A stretch of 64,000 nucleotides of DNA from Felis catus (lineage: Eukaryota), in contig NC_058368.1 of the NCBI RefSeq assembly GCF_018350175.1, positions 25,484,001 to 25,548,000 of the forward strand, read 5' to 3'. Made by a program: the position numbers and the translations under genes. The notes under the pieces were generated by a model, which worked only from the letters and a program-made list of their open reading frames with translations, had not been told where the DNA came from and did no database searches. Shown piece by piece: positions 51,052 through 64,000 of the stretch (its first letter is position 1; each line of letters starts with the position of its first letter).

Positions 51052-53301
51052 TCCAAGCGAAAATACTTCCTAGGACCACCGTGCACTCTGATGCCTATCA
51101 TTCCGTTCTCTCTCTTTTGTTGTTCACACTCTTCATAGCCCACTAAACTGAAGAACATCAGTTTAAAACCTCCTGTGTTAAAAGTCAAGGAAAGCACACT
51201 CCTTCCAAGCTATTCTGTAACTGGGGGGAACTGCCCGGCTCTCCCTTTTACCCTTGTAGAGTTAAAGAAGGTGCTGGTCAAGAGAGAGGCAGTCACAGCT
51301 GAACCGCAGGCAACGAACGCCCTCAGAGTCCCTGGTCTTATAAGTGGGCAACGGGGCCTTGCCTCCTTCGCGGGCCTCTTGTGAGGATCCAGTGAGCCAA
51401 TGCTGTGACAGGTGCCAAGGAAGCACAAAGGGCTTGGCAATAAAACTTGTTGTTGAGGTTGGATAGTGGCCTGGCCCTCTGATACTCATCCTGAGGCCTT
51501 AATTCAGAAAATTCCTCTCCCCTGTGAGTGAATCGAAAGAGAGATTCTATTTTCATGTCAGGACCAAGCCACCCATGGCCTTGTACCTGACTCAGTTTGG
51601 CCATCCTTTGTTTTCTTGTGTGTGAATTTAACTGCTATGTAAGCCACCCTAAAATGATTGAACAATAAGTCCTCAGCCAACGAGCAGCTTCTCGCTGTGT
51701 CGTCTGCAGCTGGGGGGTGTTTGAGAGAGGGCAAGCAGGTTTCTGAGAACCAGGAGACCTGCCTCGTAACATCCAGTCAGGAAGGGATCTTTTTTTTTTT
51801 TTTTTAATTTTCTTTAAGGTTTATTCATTTTTGAAAGACAGGGACAGAGCACAAGCAGGGGTGGGGCGGAGAGAAAGGGGGACACAGAATTGGAAGCAGG
51901 CTCCAGGCTCTGAGCGGTCAGCACAGAGCCCGACGCGGGGCTCAAACTCACGGACCGTGAGATCGTGACCTGAGCCGAAGTCGGACGCTCAACCGACTGA
52001 GCCACCCAGGCGCCCCAAGGGATCTTTTTCTTATGTGAAGTCTCTAAAGAAGGGTAGGTCTGGAAACATACAGCTCCTGGGGTCAGTCTTTCCTTCCAAC
52101 ATGGAGGACCAGGTCATTCCCGACATTCACACACGCTCGTTCAAGAACATATCGTTTGGGTCTGGGCAGGGGTGATGGTTCCACAGCATTGTGAATGCAC
52201 CAAATGCACTCTACAATGTCAGTGCCCTCATGTACTAAATACAACTTCAAATGACTGATTCAGTATTATGTGAATTTTACCTCAATTCCTAAAAAATGAA
52301 AAAATAAACACATAGGAACACATACCACCAAAGCAACGAAGATGTAGGCATTTTTGGTTTTGTTTTCGTTTCTTTCTAGTTTTCTGGCCTTCTGGATAGT
52401 CAAAGCAGAAAACTTTTAGGGCTTTAACTTTGAGCACATGAAGACAGAAAGGGAGATAATTTTTTTTTAAATTTTTTTTTAATGTTTATTTATTTTTGAG
52501 ACAGAGAGAGACAGAGCATGAACGGGGGAGGGTCAGAGAGAGGGAGACACATAATCTGAAACAGGCTCCAGGCTCTGAGCTATCAGCACAGAGCCTGACG
52601 CGGGGCTCGAACTCACGGACCGCGAGATCATGACCTGAGCCGAAGTCGGCCGCTTAACCGACTGAGCCACCCAGGCGCCCCAAGATAACTCTTGATAAAG
52701 AGGGAAACAGCTGCAATCCCCGGAAAATGGCCAGTGTGACACAGCTCGGCAGATAGCCTAGAACTGGGGGTCCAGGACTGGCCACTGTTTCACTACCTCC
52801 TCTGTCACCTCAGGGAGACCTCACCCACTCGCCCCTTCTGAGTGTGTTCCAGTGTGACCAAAGGTGGTAGTACATGATTCTGGAAGCCCTTGCTAGGCCA
52901 GCCAGAGGCCTGGGGCGCCTGGGAGCTAGCACCCTGCCCCACAGGGGCACCTCTAGGGGACAGTGAAGGCTGTCCAATAGACGCTTTCTCGGGACATTTG
53001 ATGTAAGACACAAGGAGAAAGCCTTCTGGTAAAGGCAGGAGCAGTAGGTTTAGAAACAAAATATCTGAGTCACGGTGGAGGGCGGGGTCGGGGGGGGGCG
53101 GGGCGCCTGGGTGGCTCAGTCGGTTAAGCGTCCAACTCTTGGGTTTCAGCTCCGGTCACTCTTGGGTTTCAGCTCCGGTCGTGATCTCACAGTTGGTGAG
53201 TTCAAGCCCGCATCAGGCTCTGCACTTACAGTGTGGAGCCTGCTTGGGATTCTCTCTCTTCCTCGGCCTCTCTCTCAAAATAAATAAATAAACTTAAAAA
53301 A

Positions 53302-53371
<70 letters not shown>

Positions 53372-53959
53372 GAGTCATGGGATCCACAAGTGCCTGATTC
53401 TGAAGAGACGCCTACCAAGTACTGCAGTGACTGTCACCAGGGCTACAATTGAAGAAATGGGGCAAGGTCTGCAATCAGGACCGTCTCACATGGCCTGACC
53501 ACAAAGGTCTGTCCATGCGGCCTGAGACAACGGCCCGTCTCCTTTAGTTCCCTCTGCAGCCTTATAATTAGCCCTCCTAGTAACGGAAGACCCAGAGCGG
53601 ATGTCTGTATCCTAAACCCAGAAGAATCTAATTTACATGAAAGTGCCACAAAAGGAAGCAATCGAATGGATTCCGACCACTCCTTGGTTCCCCGAAGGAG
53701 AGTGGGCAGTTACTCCCTTGTTATCGGTAGGATGGCTTATTCCCGATGTTCTGCTTTGCCGGCCTCCGCCACAGAAGCTGAGAAAGCCCAATACTTCCTG
53801 CCCAGCCCCTCTGCGGCTGAACACGACCATGTGACAAGTTCAGGCTAAAGAGACAAAGGTGGAACTCTGGGGGGGCATGAGGGGCAATGTCTGGGGAAGC
53901 TTTCACTTTTTTTTTTAAGTTTATTTATTTTAAGAGAGAATGCATGCAAGCAGGAGAGG

Positions 53960-54032
<73 letters not shown>

Positions 54033-55734
54033 GGAATCCCAAGCAGGACCCACACTCATTGCAGAGCCAGCCCCACATAGGGCTCAATCCCACGACCGTG
54101 AGATCATGACCTGAGTGGAAATTAAGAGTCAGACCCTCAACCGACTGAGCCATAGGAAGATTTTACTTCTATGTAAAAGGGCCGGGCCCAGGAGGAGAGG
54201 TCACTGGTCTTGCCCCTTCCCATTCTCATACCTATAATACGGACACAGCACCTCGAGCTGTGATAGCCATCTTACAATCACAAAGTGACAAGCATGATTA
54301 AAAAAAAAAAAAAAAAAAAACACATATTAAGAAGGGCAGGACCAAAGGACAAGGAGAGTCAGGGTCCTTGTGGCATTGTCAGGCAGCTAAGCCAAGGCCA
54401 GCAGCTTCCTGCCTCCAGACTTCTCGCTCCGTGAAAAAAAATATCACTTTAACTGAGCCTTGTTACTTGCAGTTTTCCTAACTCATAACACGGTCCACGT
54501 AAAACTAACAACAAAATATGTCTTACAGATGTGTCATTTCCTTAAGTAAACTTCCTCACAAATCTCACAGTACGCATTCCACAGTAGAATCCTATCATTC
54601 CAACTACTTCTCATAAAGTCTCCAGTTTAAAAAAAATCACTTTGGGTTCTTTGTTAGAGAAACTCAGAGGACCCAACCTCCGCACAGGGTCGGTGGCCGG
54701 GATCTGCAGTGGCGCCCGAAATAAAATGATTCCTATTGGAGTGTGGCTCCCCTCACATAGACACTGCTGCTGAACATAGTTTCACGCAGTAAGAATGTGA
54801 AACCCTGAATTATATCCACAATTATGCATTCTTTATCACTGCTTCTGCGAAAGAGCTATTATAGAATTCAATGCAGCCCTGCATGTGAAACGATTCGGGG
54901 ATGGTTCTTAGAGAAACACGTAGCCGTGCGCATACTAAACATCTTCCTGAAGTGCTTGACAAAGTCATGAGCTCGGGAAAACATACTTAGCTAACGCACA
55001 TAACACGAGCTCTAAATCAGACAGTCCACAAATACTGGTTAACTAGCAAATTCCTTGGCAGAAGGGAGAACAAGTACCAGCCATATTTCAACCCCGTGCT
55101 TATGTTAGAACCGATAACAATGTCTGTCGGGTTTCTTTTATCACCACCGTCCTTCTCCACAGGTCAAGGCCAGTGCTTACTTGATGGCTTGAGTCACATG
55201 AACATGCATTTTTCTTAGGGTGGCTCAATGCCCAGCTTGTACTATTGACATCACAGAAGGGTTTTGAATCGACAGGGTCTCTATATGACCACCAGCCCTG
55301 TTCTTAATTTGGATTTTCCAGTGGCCTGGGAAAAATTCTGCAGCCTGAGCTCCAAGGACCCACGTTACCACCATCACCTTTTCACCTACTTACCTAAAAC
55401 GGGATAACTAGACTTTGTCTGGGGCATATTGATCTATTCAAGAGAATGCCCTCCACGCTTTGACAACAGTGTCGCTCTCAAATTAAGAAAAAAAAGTCCT
55501 ACATAAACAAACAGGATGACCCTTTCCCCAAATACATTTCCTTTAATCAGAATTCACAGAAAAATAAAAACTAAGGGTAATGTGACAAATTGGTCTGCAT
55601 GTGGTATTCATTGTCCTCTTTCTATTTATGCTATAAAGGAAAAAACATCTTGATGGGATGGCCAGATGGTTTTTCCAATTGTGAATATATCAGACACATG
55701 TGATGTGAGTGCTTAATAACTGTTAGGTCATTTT

Positions 55735-55880
55735 TCTTAGTTGAAGTGTAATCGACATGCAACATCATACTCGTTTCAGGTGTAAAACATAATGATTCTG
55801 CATGTGTATACATTGTGAAATGCTCACCACTGTAAATCTAATTACCATCTGTCATCCTACAGAGTTCCAAAACATTTTTT
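55735..55880 (-). mobile_element. L1 3'-end fragment
   Basis: ttgaagtgtaatcgacatgcaacatcatactcgtttcaggtgtaaaacataatgattc...tgtgaaatgctcaccac. Confidence 0.65.
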
Positions 55881-56559
55881 AATGTTAGGTAAATCATAAT
55901 CAGTGAATACAATCTGGAAATTTACAAGGGTGGGCTGAAAATTATTTCCCGTCCTTCATTTTCGGTGAGAATGACATGATGAATGCCTCCAAGTTTGCAC
56001 CTCATTACTCGCTCTCAAACGCTAACAACTCTTTACCTTAAAATGGACCGTCACAACTAACTCTCCAGCAAGAACAGGAGGGAGGGGAGGTGCCTCACCG
56101 TGGTGTTTCCATAGCCAGCCACGGGAGGGGTGTAAAGTGATTCTCCTATGCAGGACAATGGAATTTCCCACGGCTAATTTTGTCTGACTGTAGCTTACAA
56201 ATTTAACTTCCTTCGAAAATGCTTTTTCACTTCATTTTCTCGTCCAGGAAACTAGAATTGAATTCCCAGCCACTAGTGTGTATCCTGAGTCTGAGGTCTT
56301 GTTTCCTTTTGTGTTTGGTAGAGAATGAAACAGAACAAGAGAAAATATGCCCAGAAAAAACCCCGATAAAACCTGTGGAGCGTGGTAGGTCAAATGGAAA
56401 CACCCACATTTGACCGTGAATCCTACACGCAGCTGTGGAAAATACATATTGCCTCACTCTGTTCATTTGTGTATTTGTGCATTCATGCAATTAACAATCA
56501 CCGATTAAGTGCCATGCTGCGTACAAGGGGGAAAAGTGTCTTCGTCTTTAGAGAGTTAT

Positions 56560-57330
56560 GGTCTGATGGAAGAGGGGGGAAAAGAGAACCCAACAATTTC
56601 ATAATAGTCTGAACAGACTTCTGGAAGGCTTCCTGGGGGGACATGATACTTGAGCCGACCAAGTCTTAAATCATGAGTGTAGGTTCTCCGTTGAAGAGCT
56701 AAATTAAGACAGCGATAGAGGGAGTGAGAAGAGTAGAGTCAAGAGAGACAAATGAGGTAGAATTCAGAGAACCTGACTGATCGGCCACGGGGGTGGAGGA
56801 GAAGAGGTTGAGGCAAACACCTGGGGCCCTGGCTTGTGCCAAAAGGTGCCTGGTGTGCCACTCACAGTGCAGAGACTGGGGGAAACGGGGCAGGTTCGAA
56901 ATAAAGGTGGTAACTCTGAGGCATACTGGTTTAAAGTGTCTGAGGGACTTTGTGTGAAAGTGTCCAAGCGTCAGTTTGCCGGAAACGAACGTAGAATCAG
57001 TGAAGTTACCCAAGGAGTAGACGAGTCCACAGATCTGGCTGAGGGCTCCCGGGGCAGGGGGAGGAGTGGAGGGTGAGGACCCACCTCAGGAGATACCAGC
57101 TTGGAGGAGGACCCAGAGAGACAGCGAGGGGGTGGCGGCCAACATGTCACTTGCCAAAGGAGAAAATGAGATAAACTTGGGGGTGGGGGTGGGATACTAC
57201 CTTTTCTTCCGTGAGAGAAGTGAAGGACCAAGGGAGGGTAAAGGCATGATACGAAGAGGAAGAAAAAGGCAAAGTATGGTGTCAGAGACACACGGAAGTT
57301 GAGATCACCTCGAACAGTCCGTGGCATGCA
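56560..57330 (-). mobile_element. L2 fragments
   Basis: Purine-rich antisense-L2-like tracts (gaaggcttcctggggggacatgatacttgagc, ttaaagtgtctgagggac). Confidence 0.45.
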
Positions 57331-59013
57331 CTAGCCTAGGAGTTGAACAACATCACATTTGCACAGAAGGCAAGAAGCGTGGTAGAGGTCTGGGCCGGTG
57401 CTGTCACTACCAAGCAGGGTGATCTTGTGCACTTGACCATCTTTTAGCCAACTGGGTAGCCCCGAAGTTTCCAATGAAGATGGGCTCCCTTAACACAAAT
57501 GGTGCTGAGCCCTTCTCTCTGGTCCCTTCTCCAAGGCTCCTCATGAGCCCCAGGGAGAGGAATCATACCAGCTGTGGTGGTGGGTTCAACGAGCCTATTC
57601 GTAGGCTGTCCCCCACCCCCACCCCCCCACCGAATGCTGGAACTCCTGGCATCCCAGTTAGAACAGGAAGTGCCAGCTGAGCAGGGCCCCCGCCACCCTC
57701 AATCAGAAGCCAGGCCGCTCTGGAGGCTGACGCGGGTCTGCAGAGCTCAGAGGGACCGGGTTCCAGTCAAGGCACATCAGTGCCCACACTCCTCTCGGCT
57801 TTTCGTAACTGTGCCCCGAGCTCACCCCAGACCTTTATCCCCCAAGTCATGCCAGGTTCCAGCACAACGGGGACCTTTCTGACCGGAAAGTGAAAGTGAC
57901 CGCATTTTGGAGAGCTCAGAGCTGCTCTATCAAAAATTAAACCTCTTAACCATTTCCTTTCATGTCCGCTATGGAAGGGATTCGGGTCCAGCTGATCGCT
58001 TTGGAAGAAATAATTCAAATGACGTACTCACGACCCCATTAATCTATCCTGGGCTTTAGTGCCTCTGTTCCCACCGTCATTTCGTCTTTCCTCTCCTGAG
58101 TTAGAATTGAAAGCCAGGTCCTCTAGGAAGCCTGACCAAGTGGCTTGTTCACAGCTACATCCCAGTGGCTAGGACCATGGACCTTATGAGCGAATGACTC
58201 TGACTTCATAAAAGGTTCTGCTGCTGCTATGACTTCAGTAATTAATAGCATCAACAATCAACCTATCTTGATATTTCTCTTGGATTATGTGGCTTTTCAT
58301 AGACTTATAGCTTGTCTCCCAAATCAACTATTAATAGCATGTCTTTATGCTTTTCATTAGCATCAGTGTGCAGAGTATTTTGTAAGTAATAGCTACTCAG
58401 TAGTAGTTTGAGAATCTAGACTTTTGCCACAGGGCTTTCTTCCCCTCCGTTCCCTCCGGACTCATCCTTACTCTCCACCTGTTTATCCTCTGACTTTAAA
58501 TACTTTCCTCCAGTACAATTTGTCCTCTCCAGAAAAACCTGGAACAGTTGAGAGAAAACAGCAAGATTCACAGAGGGCAATTAAGTGGAATTAAGGTCCC
58601 TGGGAAAACACTGCGGATGGCTGAAGAACACATGCTGAGAATAATTCTTCCAAAGCAAAGAATTCCTGAGGCCAAATAACTACTTTGTACTATGAACTGA
58701 ATCATGAGGCTCTATTAACTGGGAGGCGACCTTGACATAGGACATAGTTGGAGCCGACAAAGGCAGTCAGATGCAAGAGCTACCGCAGAATTCATCTAAC
58801 CAAGCTACTCTTTTAAAGATTTCCAGGCAATTACCAGAAACCAAAGTAAGAGCGCACGGTGTTAAAGGCTGGAGCCCAAGAATACAAACACTACCCCAAG
58901 TAAAACATTACCTGGAGGAGGATTTTATAGGGCAGCTTTGACTGACAGCATTTACCACCCTGTATTTTTATGTGTGACCTTTGTTAGATACTTCAGGATT
59001 AACCTGAGTAAGG

Positions 59014-59320
59014 GTCTTGGTCAGTTTGGACTGGTATCGCAAAATACCCTACGGCGGGTAGCTTACAACAGAAATTCATTTCTTACAGTTCTGAAGGCTA
59101 GAAGTCCAAGGTCAGGGTGCTGTCAAAGCCGTCATCTTGCTGAGTCTTCATAGGGCAAGATAGCTCTGTGGGGTCCCGCTTACAAGGGCAGTAATCCCAT
59201 TCGTGATGCCTCCACCTTCGCGCCCTAAGCCCCACCTTCTGATACCATCCCACTGGAGACGAGGATTTCAACCTATGAGATGGTGGGGCGGGGGGGATAC
59301 AAGCATCCAGCCCATGGCAG
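59014..59320 (-). mobile_element. MLT1A/MST-like LTR
   Basis: cagaaattcatttcttacagttctgaaggctagaagtccaagg...gatttcaacctatgag. Confidence 0.7.
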
Positions 59321-62004
59321 TAAAGGTTGATTTTTCTGGCTAGTGAACTAAATTTAGGTCTGATTGTCAAGAATTCGGTTAACTGGGACAGCTGGGTGGC
59401 TCAGTCGGTTGGGCGTCCAACTCTCGATTTCAGCTCAGGTCAGGATCTCACAGTTCATGAGTTTGAGCCCTCACAGTTCATGAGGCTGCTGGCACAGAGC
59501 CTTCTTGGGATTCTCTGTCTCCCTCTCTCTCTCTCTGCCCTTCCTGCACTCTCTCTCTCTCTCTCTCTCAAAGATAAATAAACTTAAAAAAAATGGGGCG
59601 CCTAGGTGGCTCAGTCGGTTAAGCGGCCGACTTCGGCTCAGGTCATGATTTCGCGGTCTGTGAGTTCGAGCCCCGCGTTGGGCTCTGTGCTGACAGCTCA
59701 GAGCCTGGAGCCTATTTCAGATTCTGTGTCTCCCTCTCTCTCTGCCCCTCCCCCGTTCATGCTCTGTCTCTCCCTGTCTCAAAAATAAAAATAAAACATT
59801 TTTAAAAAATTAAAAAAAAGAACACAGATTCTTATTTAAAAAAAGACTTCTGTTAACTGATAGGATATGGCGATTCACATGGTTGTTCATTATGAAAATT
59901 ATACACAGTTTTTAAATTTATTTCAGCAATTGACTTTTGGGTTCATGGCATATAAAATAATGCCCGTGCGTGATGCGTTACATACGTAGTTTTGTTCCAT
60001 CCTTGTAACAATCCATGGGAGGTAGGAATTAGTACCCTCGTTTTCTGGACAGGAAAATGGAGACTCAGGAGTTTATCAAGCACCCTGAGGATCCTTTAAT
60101 TCCCTGTAGAGCTTTGCTCTTGGCGAGAGAATGCTCTGAGCAGTGAATCCGAGTTTCCCATCTCCTCCATCCTTTTCACTGAACACACGTGAAGAGGTGT
60201 TCTGAATTTTGACATCTCAGACTCCTTTGTTTTCAAGCCTTACCAAGCAGGAAGCGATGACCTCACCTAGGGCCTCTGCTCCACCCCCCACCCCGACTTT
60301 TCTTCAAAGGCCCGTTAGAACCGTACAAATGAACAGTGAAGCTGGACCGTGCTCCTATCAGCAGGAGTGCAGCGCGGTGCTCTCCCCCGGGCTGGCGGAT
60401 GGCACCTGTCACCCCCACCCCGTTTCCCGGATGACGCGGGATAATGAAATTCTGATAAGCAGCCTGGCGCGAAACTGAACAAGGGAGGACATCCTTCAGT
60501 CATGCCAGACCGGTGCCTCTTTCACATCTCTCTCTCCTTCCTATCCTTAACTACTGCCCACGGTCCCTATCTCTCACCCTCCCCTCAGTCCTGCTCCTTT
60601 ACGTCGTGCAGGTCAGACCTGCACCCTGTCCTCCCCTCCATCGCCGGGTCCTGGTGCATCTTCTTCCTCAGCCTCCCCCTGCACACGTCCGTTGTGTGCC
60701 CTCCCCCACGTGCTCCAGCAGGCCACCGTCATCTGCCCACGCTGCTGTAACAGGCACCCACCGGCCCCTGCCTCTGGGCCTGCCCCGAGGACCTAATCTG
60801 CCCTCTGCCTACCCGTCAGAAGTGCTTTCAGAACAGAAAGCCTGCCTGTCTCCCTGCCTTTTGTGGCTCCCTGCTGCCTTCAGGACACAATCCAAATGCC
60901 TGGGCATGGCACCCAAGGGTCTTCCTGATCCGGCTCTTAGCTGCAGGCTCTCTTCTTTCATGCCATGGCATGCTGAGCGTCGGCTCTGGTAAAGGACGAG
61001 AGGTTTGCCCCACGTGCAGTACTCACGCTTCCCAGACTTTGTGCTCCGTGCTCCCTCTGTTTTGTTCTGCTACCCACTTGCGGTAGATTGCTTGCAAAAG
61101 ACTGTCCCAATGATTCTCCTCTCGACACCCAGGTCCCTCGCAAGATGCCCGCGCAGCTTCTGTTCTCAGGAGATGGCATCTGGGGTGCCTGGCTGGCGCA
61201 GCCAGTGGAGTGTGGGACTCAGTCTCAAGGTCATGAATTTGAGCCGCACATCGCACAGAGAGATCACTCGAAATAAAGAGAGAGAGGGAGGGAGAGAGAT
61301 GGCATCCGTTTCCACACCCACCGAAGCTGAACTGGCCCGTGACTTGCTTTGCCCGTTAGAATGTTTTGGAAGTACGCTGCGTGCGCTCTGAGTCCGGGCC
61401 TCAAGAGGCCTCCAGCTTTTGTTCACTCTCTTGGATCCTTACCCAACCACTGTGCGAACCTGAACTGCATTTTTGGTTGTACATGAAATGCCATCACCTG
61501 AGGCTCGGGGTGTGATTTCCTAAGCAGCCTCTCAGGTACCGGATGGAATAATAAACTAGAAGTTTGGGGCATTTAACCCCCACCCCCCATGGATGAACTT
61601 TGACCCGTTAGAAATGAGAGATAGGAGGGGCCAGACAGGTACAACCTCCCTCCTCTCTCTCTCTGCGTGGACTACTCTGAGGTACGGTCCCTCTCGGCGA
61701 CCCTCCACGGGAGCACACGTGCAGTTGACCAGCCTGCTACGTGTCTTCACAGCTCACCGCAATAACCTATCTCGGAGCAAATCTCCGCATCTTCCCTTGC
61801 TTCACATCCCTTTTCGTTCACCCTCCTTGCCCCAGTCTTGCACACTGGAAAACAGGGTGAGCATCCTAACCTTTGCCTCATGTTCTGTTTTCTGGACGAC
61901 CAGGCTTAGGCAGCAGCCAATGTGTACATGTTCCGGCCAGGAAGCTCATTTCCAATTCAGATGCTCCGGGACCCACTGCTCGGAAGCCAAGGATTCCCAC
62001 CAAG

Positions 62005-62460
62005 CACATGCATCAGCTTCCTGTTGCTGCTGTAATAAGTCATCACAAGCTTCGTGGCTTAGAACAACCCAAGATTTTCCTCTGAATGTTCGCAAGGTCA
62101 TTAAGTCTGAAATCAGTTTCCCTGAACCGAAATTCAGGTGTTTGCAGGGCGGGTTCCTTTGGGAGGCTCTGAGAGCTGAGTCGGCTTCCCTGCCTCTTCC
62201 AGCTTCTAGGGGTAGCCTCCCCGTTCCTCAGCCTGCGGCCCCTCCTCCCTCATCCAAGCCCATCGCTCCGATCTCTGCCTCCGTGGTCACATCGCCATCA
62301 CATCTCCCTCAGCTTCCCTCTTACGAGGACCCTGTGATAACTGTCCATCTCAAGACCCTTAATCACACCTGCAAAGTCTCTTTTGCCTTATAAGCTAACA
62401 TCACAAGTTCTGGGAATTCGAACCCGGTATCTATGGGGGCCATTATCAGCCTAGCACAGC
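62005..62460 (-). mobile_element. MLT1 LTR
   Basis: tgctgctgtaataagtcatcacaagcttcgtggcttagaacaac...catctcaagacccttaatcacacctgcaaagtc. Confidence 0.75.
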
Positions 62461-63649
62461 ACATAGAGTCCCTCTGCCCCCATATATTCACACCCAAGTG
62501 TGACTGACCAGATAGCTCTCAGAAGGCTCAGCAGTAAGGTTCTACCACAGTAACAGGCCCTTATTTCATCTTTAAATGAAAGGCCAGGTTTATAACACAA
62601 TGCGTCATTCATTTGGACATTCTATCCCGTTTTCTCACTGCTTAAATAAATGACGCCTTTGAGAGTTTAATTGCATTTGGTTGTCACAACATGAAAGAGA
62701 CACTTGGCAATTAAAATAATTTGGCCAATTTGGATGTCAGATGCTCTCTGATTGTATCTGGATAGGTGTTCATTTTATTCAATCTCTACATCCCTCTGTG
62801 CTGGCTAGACCCAACTGGTTGAGAAGCATTGACTTTCCATGGTTTCTAATTAGAAATTGGAGCTTAATACATCAACTGATATCCTCCTTAATCTCCTTTA
62901 TGGCCTGTTTCTATGAAGTGAATTTATAGGAAATTCACTAGGTACCGAGAAAAGAAATTGATGCAGGTGAGTAGATTACCAAATTGCCCAGGTCTAAGTT
63001 CCTTAATGCTTTATTCTCATAAAACCTTATTCTCGATTTAAACCAATTTAAACATGCAGAATGGAAAAAAATTGTGATGACAGCCTAGTTTTAAGACGTT
63101 CATTTGGCTGTGTTTTAAAAACGTATATTCTTTCAGACAGATGATGTGTTTGTCCATTCTGTGGACATATACTGATTTCACTGATTATGCCAGATACTCT
63201 ACTGGGCACAGTGCATACAGCAGGGTCCTTACCCTCTTAGACCTTACACTGTGCTTAGAGGGAACCGATAATACACACACACACACACACACACACGAGT
63301 ACACAATGTCAGGTGAGACAAGTTATAAAGAAAAATAAAGTAGGGCCAAAAGAGAGTGGGGGGTGCCATGTCAGATGGGGTGGCCATGTCTGAGAGGAGG
63401 TATAATGAAGTGAGGCCATAAGCTTGCACACATCTGACATAAAAGCAGAGGGAGCAACCCATCTAAGAATTTGAGACCCGGGCAACAGGAAAGAGAGTGG
63501 TCCTGAGGCCAGTGTGACTGGCTTGTTTGAAGAACAGCGCGGGGTCCAGCGTGGCCGGAAATAGCATCATGGCAGATGTTATGAGATGCTTCACCTTCTC
63601 CTGCTCTCGGACATTGGTGTTCCCGGTTGTGTCCCCTATAATTCCCATG

Positions 63650-64000
63650 TTGCAGCCTCATCCCCAGTGTGATTATATTAGGAGATAGGGCCTTAGGGAG
63701 GCTCTATAAACAGCAAAAGAAAAGGAACCCCAGACTAATGTAACATTGTGTGTCAAATTTAAAAAAAATGTAATGGAAACAAAACAAAACCCAGAAAGTT
63801 CCTTTGCTCTGTTATGTGAGGACACAGTGAGAAGACATCTGTGAACCAGGAAGTAGGCTCTCACCAGACACTGAATCTGCCGGGGCCTTATCTTAGACTT
63901 CCCAGCCTCCAGAACTGTGAGAAAGAAGTTTCTGTTGTGTTTAAGTTCCCCAGTCTGTGGGTTCTACATAGCAGCTCAGAGGGACTGGGACTGAAGACAA
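63650..64000 (+). mobile_element. MLT1A-like LTR
   Basis: atgtgaggacacagtgagaagac...ctcaccagacactgaatctgccgg...cagcctccagaactgtgagaa. Confidence 0.75.

Noticed and set aside
54710..54720. TGGCGCCCGAA after ...TGCAG, resembling a tRNA-Lys3 primer-binding site
   Set aside because: Only 11 of 18 nt match; no recognisable LTR before it or gag leader after it.
61593..62393. 266-aa ORF, the longest in the track
   Set aside because: About half lies in an antisense MLT1 LTR; no recognisable protein features.

Overview
Mammalian, almost certainly felid, genomic DNA (dense SINEC_Fc-type tRNA-derived SINEs, a cat-type L1 3' end). The only intact protein-coding gene I can support is SLC25A30 (KMCP1/UCP6, mitochondrial carrier) on the minus strand. 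It has a CpG-island promoter and non-coding exon 1 near 42 kb, nine coding exons (35086 to 21260) that join into an 876-nt, 291-aa ORF, and a ~2.6-kb 3' UTR ending at an AATAAA at 18657-18662. Its last intron looks like a U12-type (minor spliceosome) intron, and its 5' UTR has a 3-codon uORF. The rest is repeat-rich: a ~7.5-kb decayed L1 holding a frameshifted RPL31 retrocopy that is itself split by a SINE, a 36-nt U2 snRNA retrofragment, a short L1 with a possible 3' transduction, MaLR/ERVL LTRs, L2, MIR, MER20 and microsatellites. I found no convincing new biological system; the best leads are regulatory and splicing features of SLC25A30. Repeat family names and reference comparisons are from memory, not database searches, and repeat boundaries are approximate.
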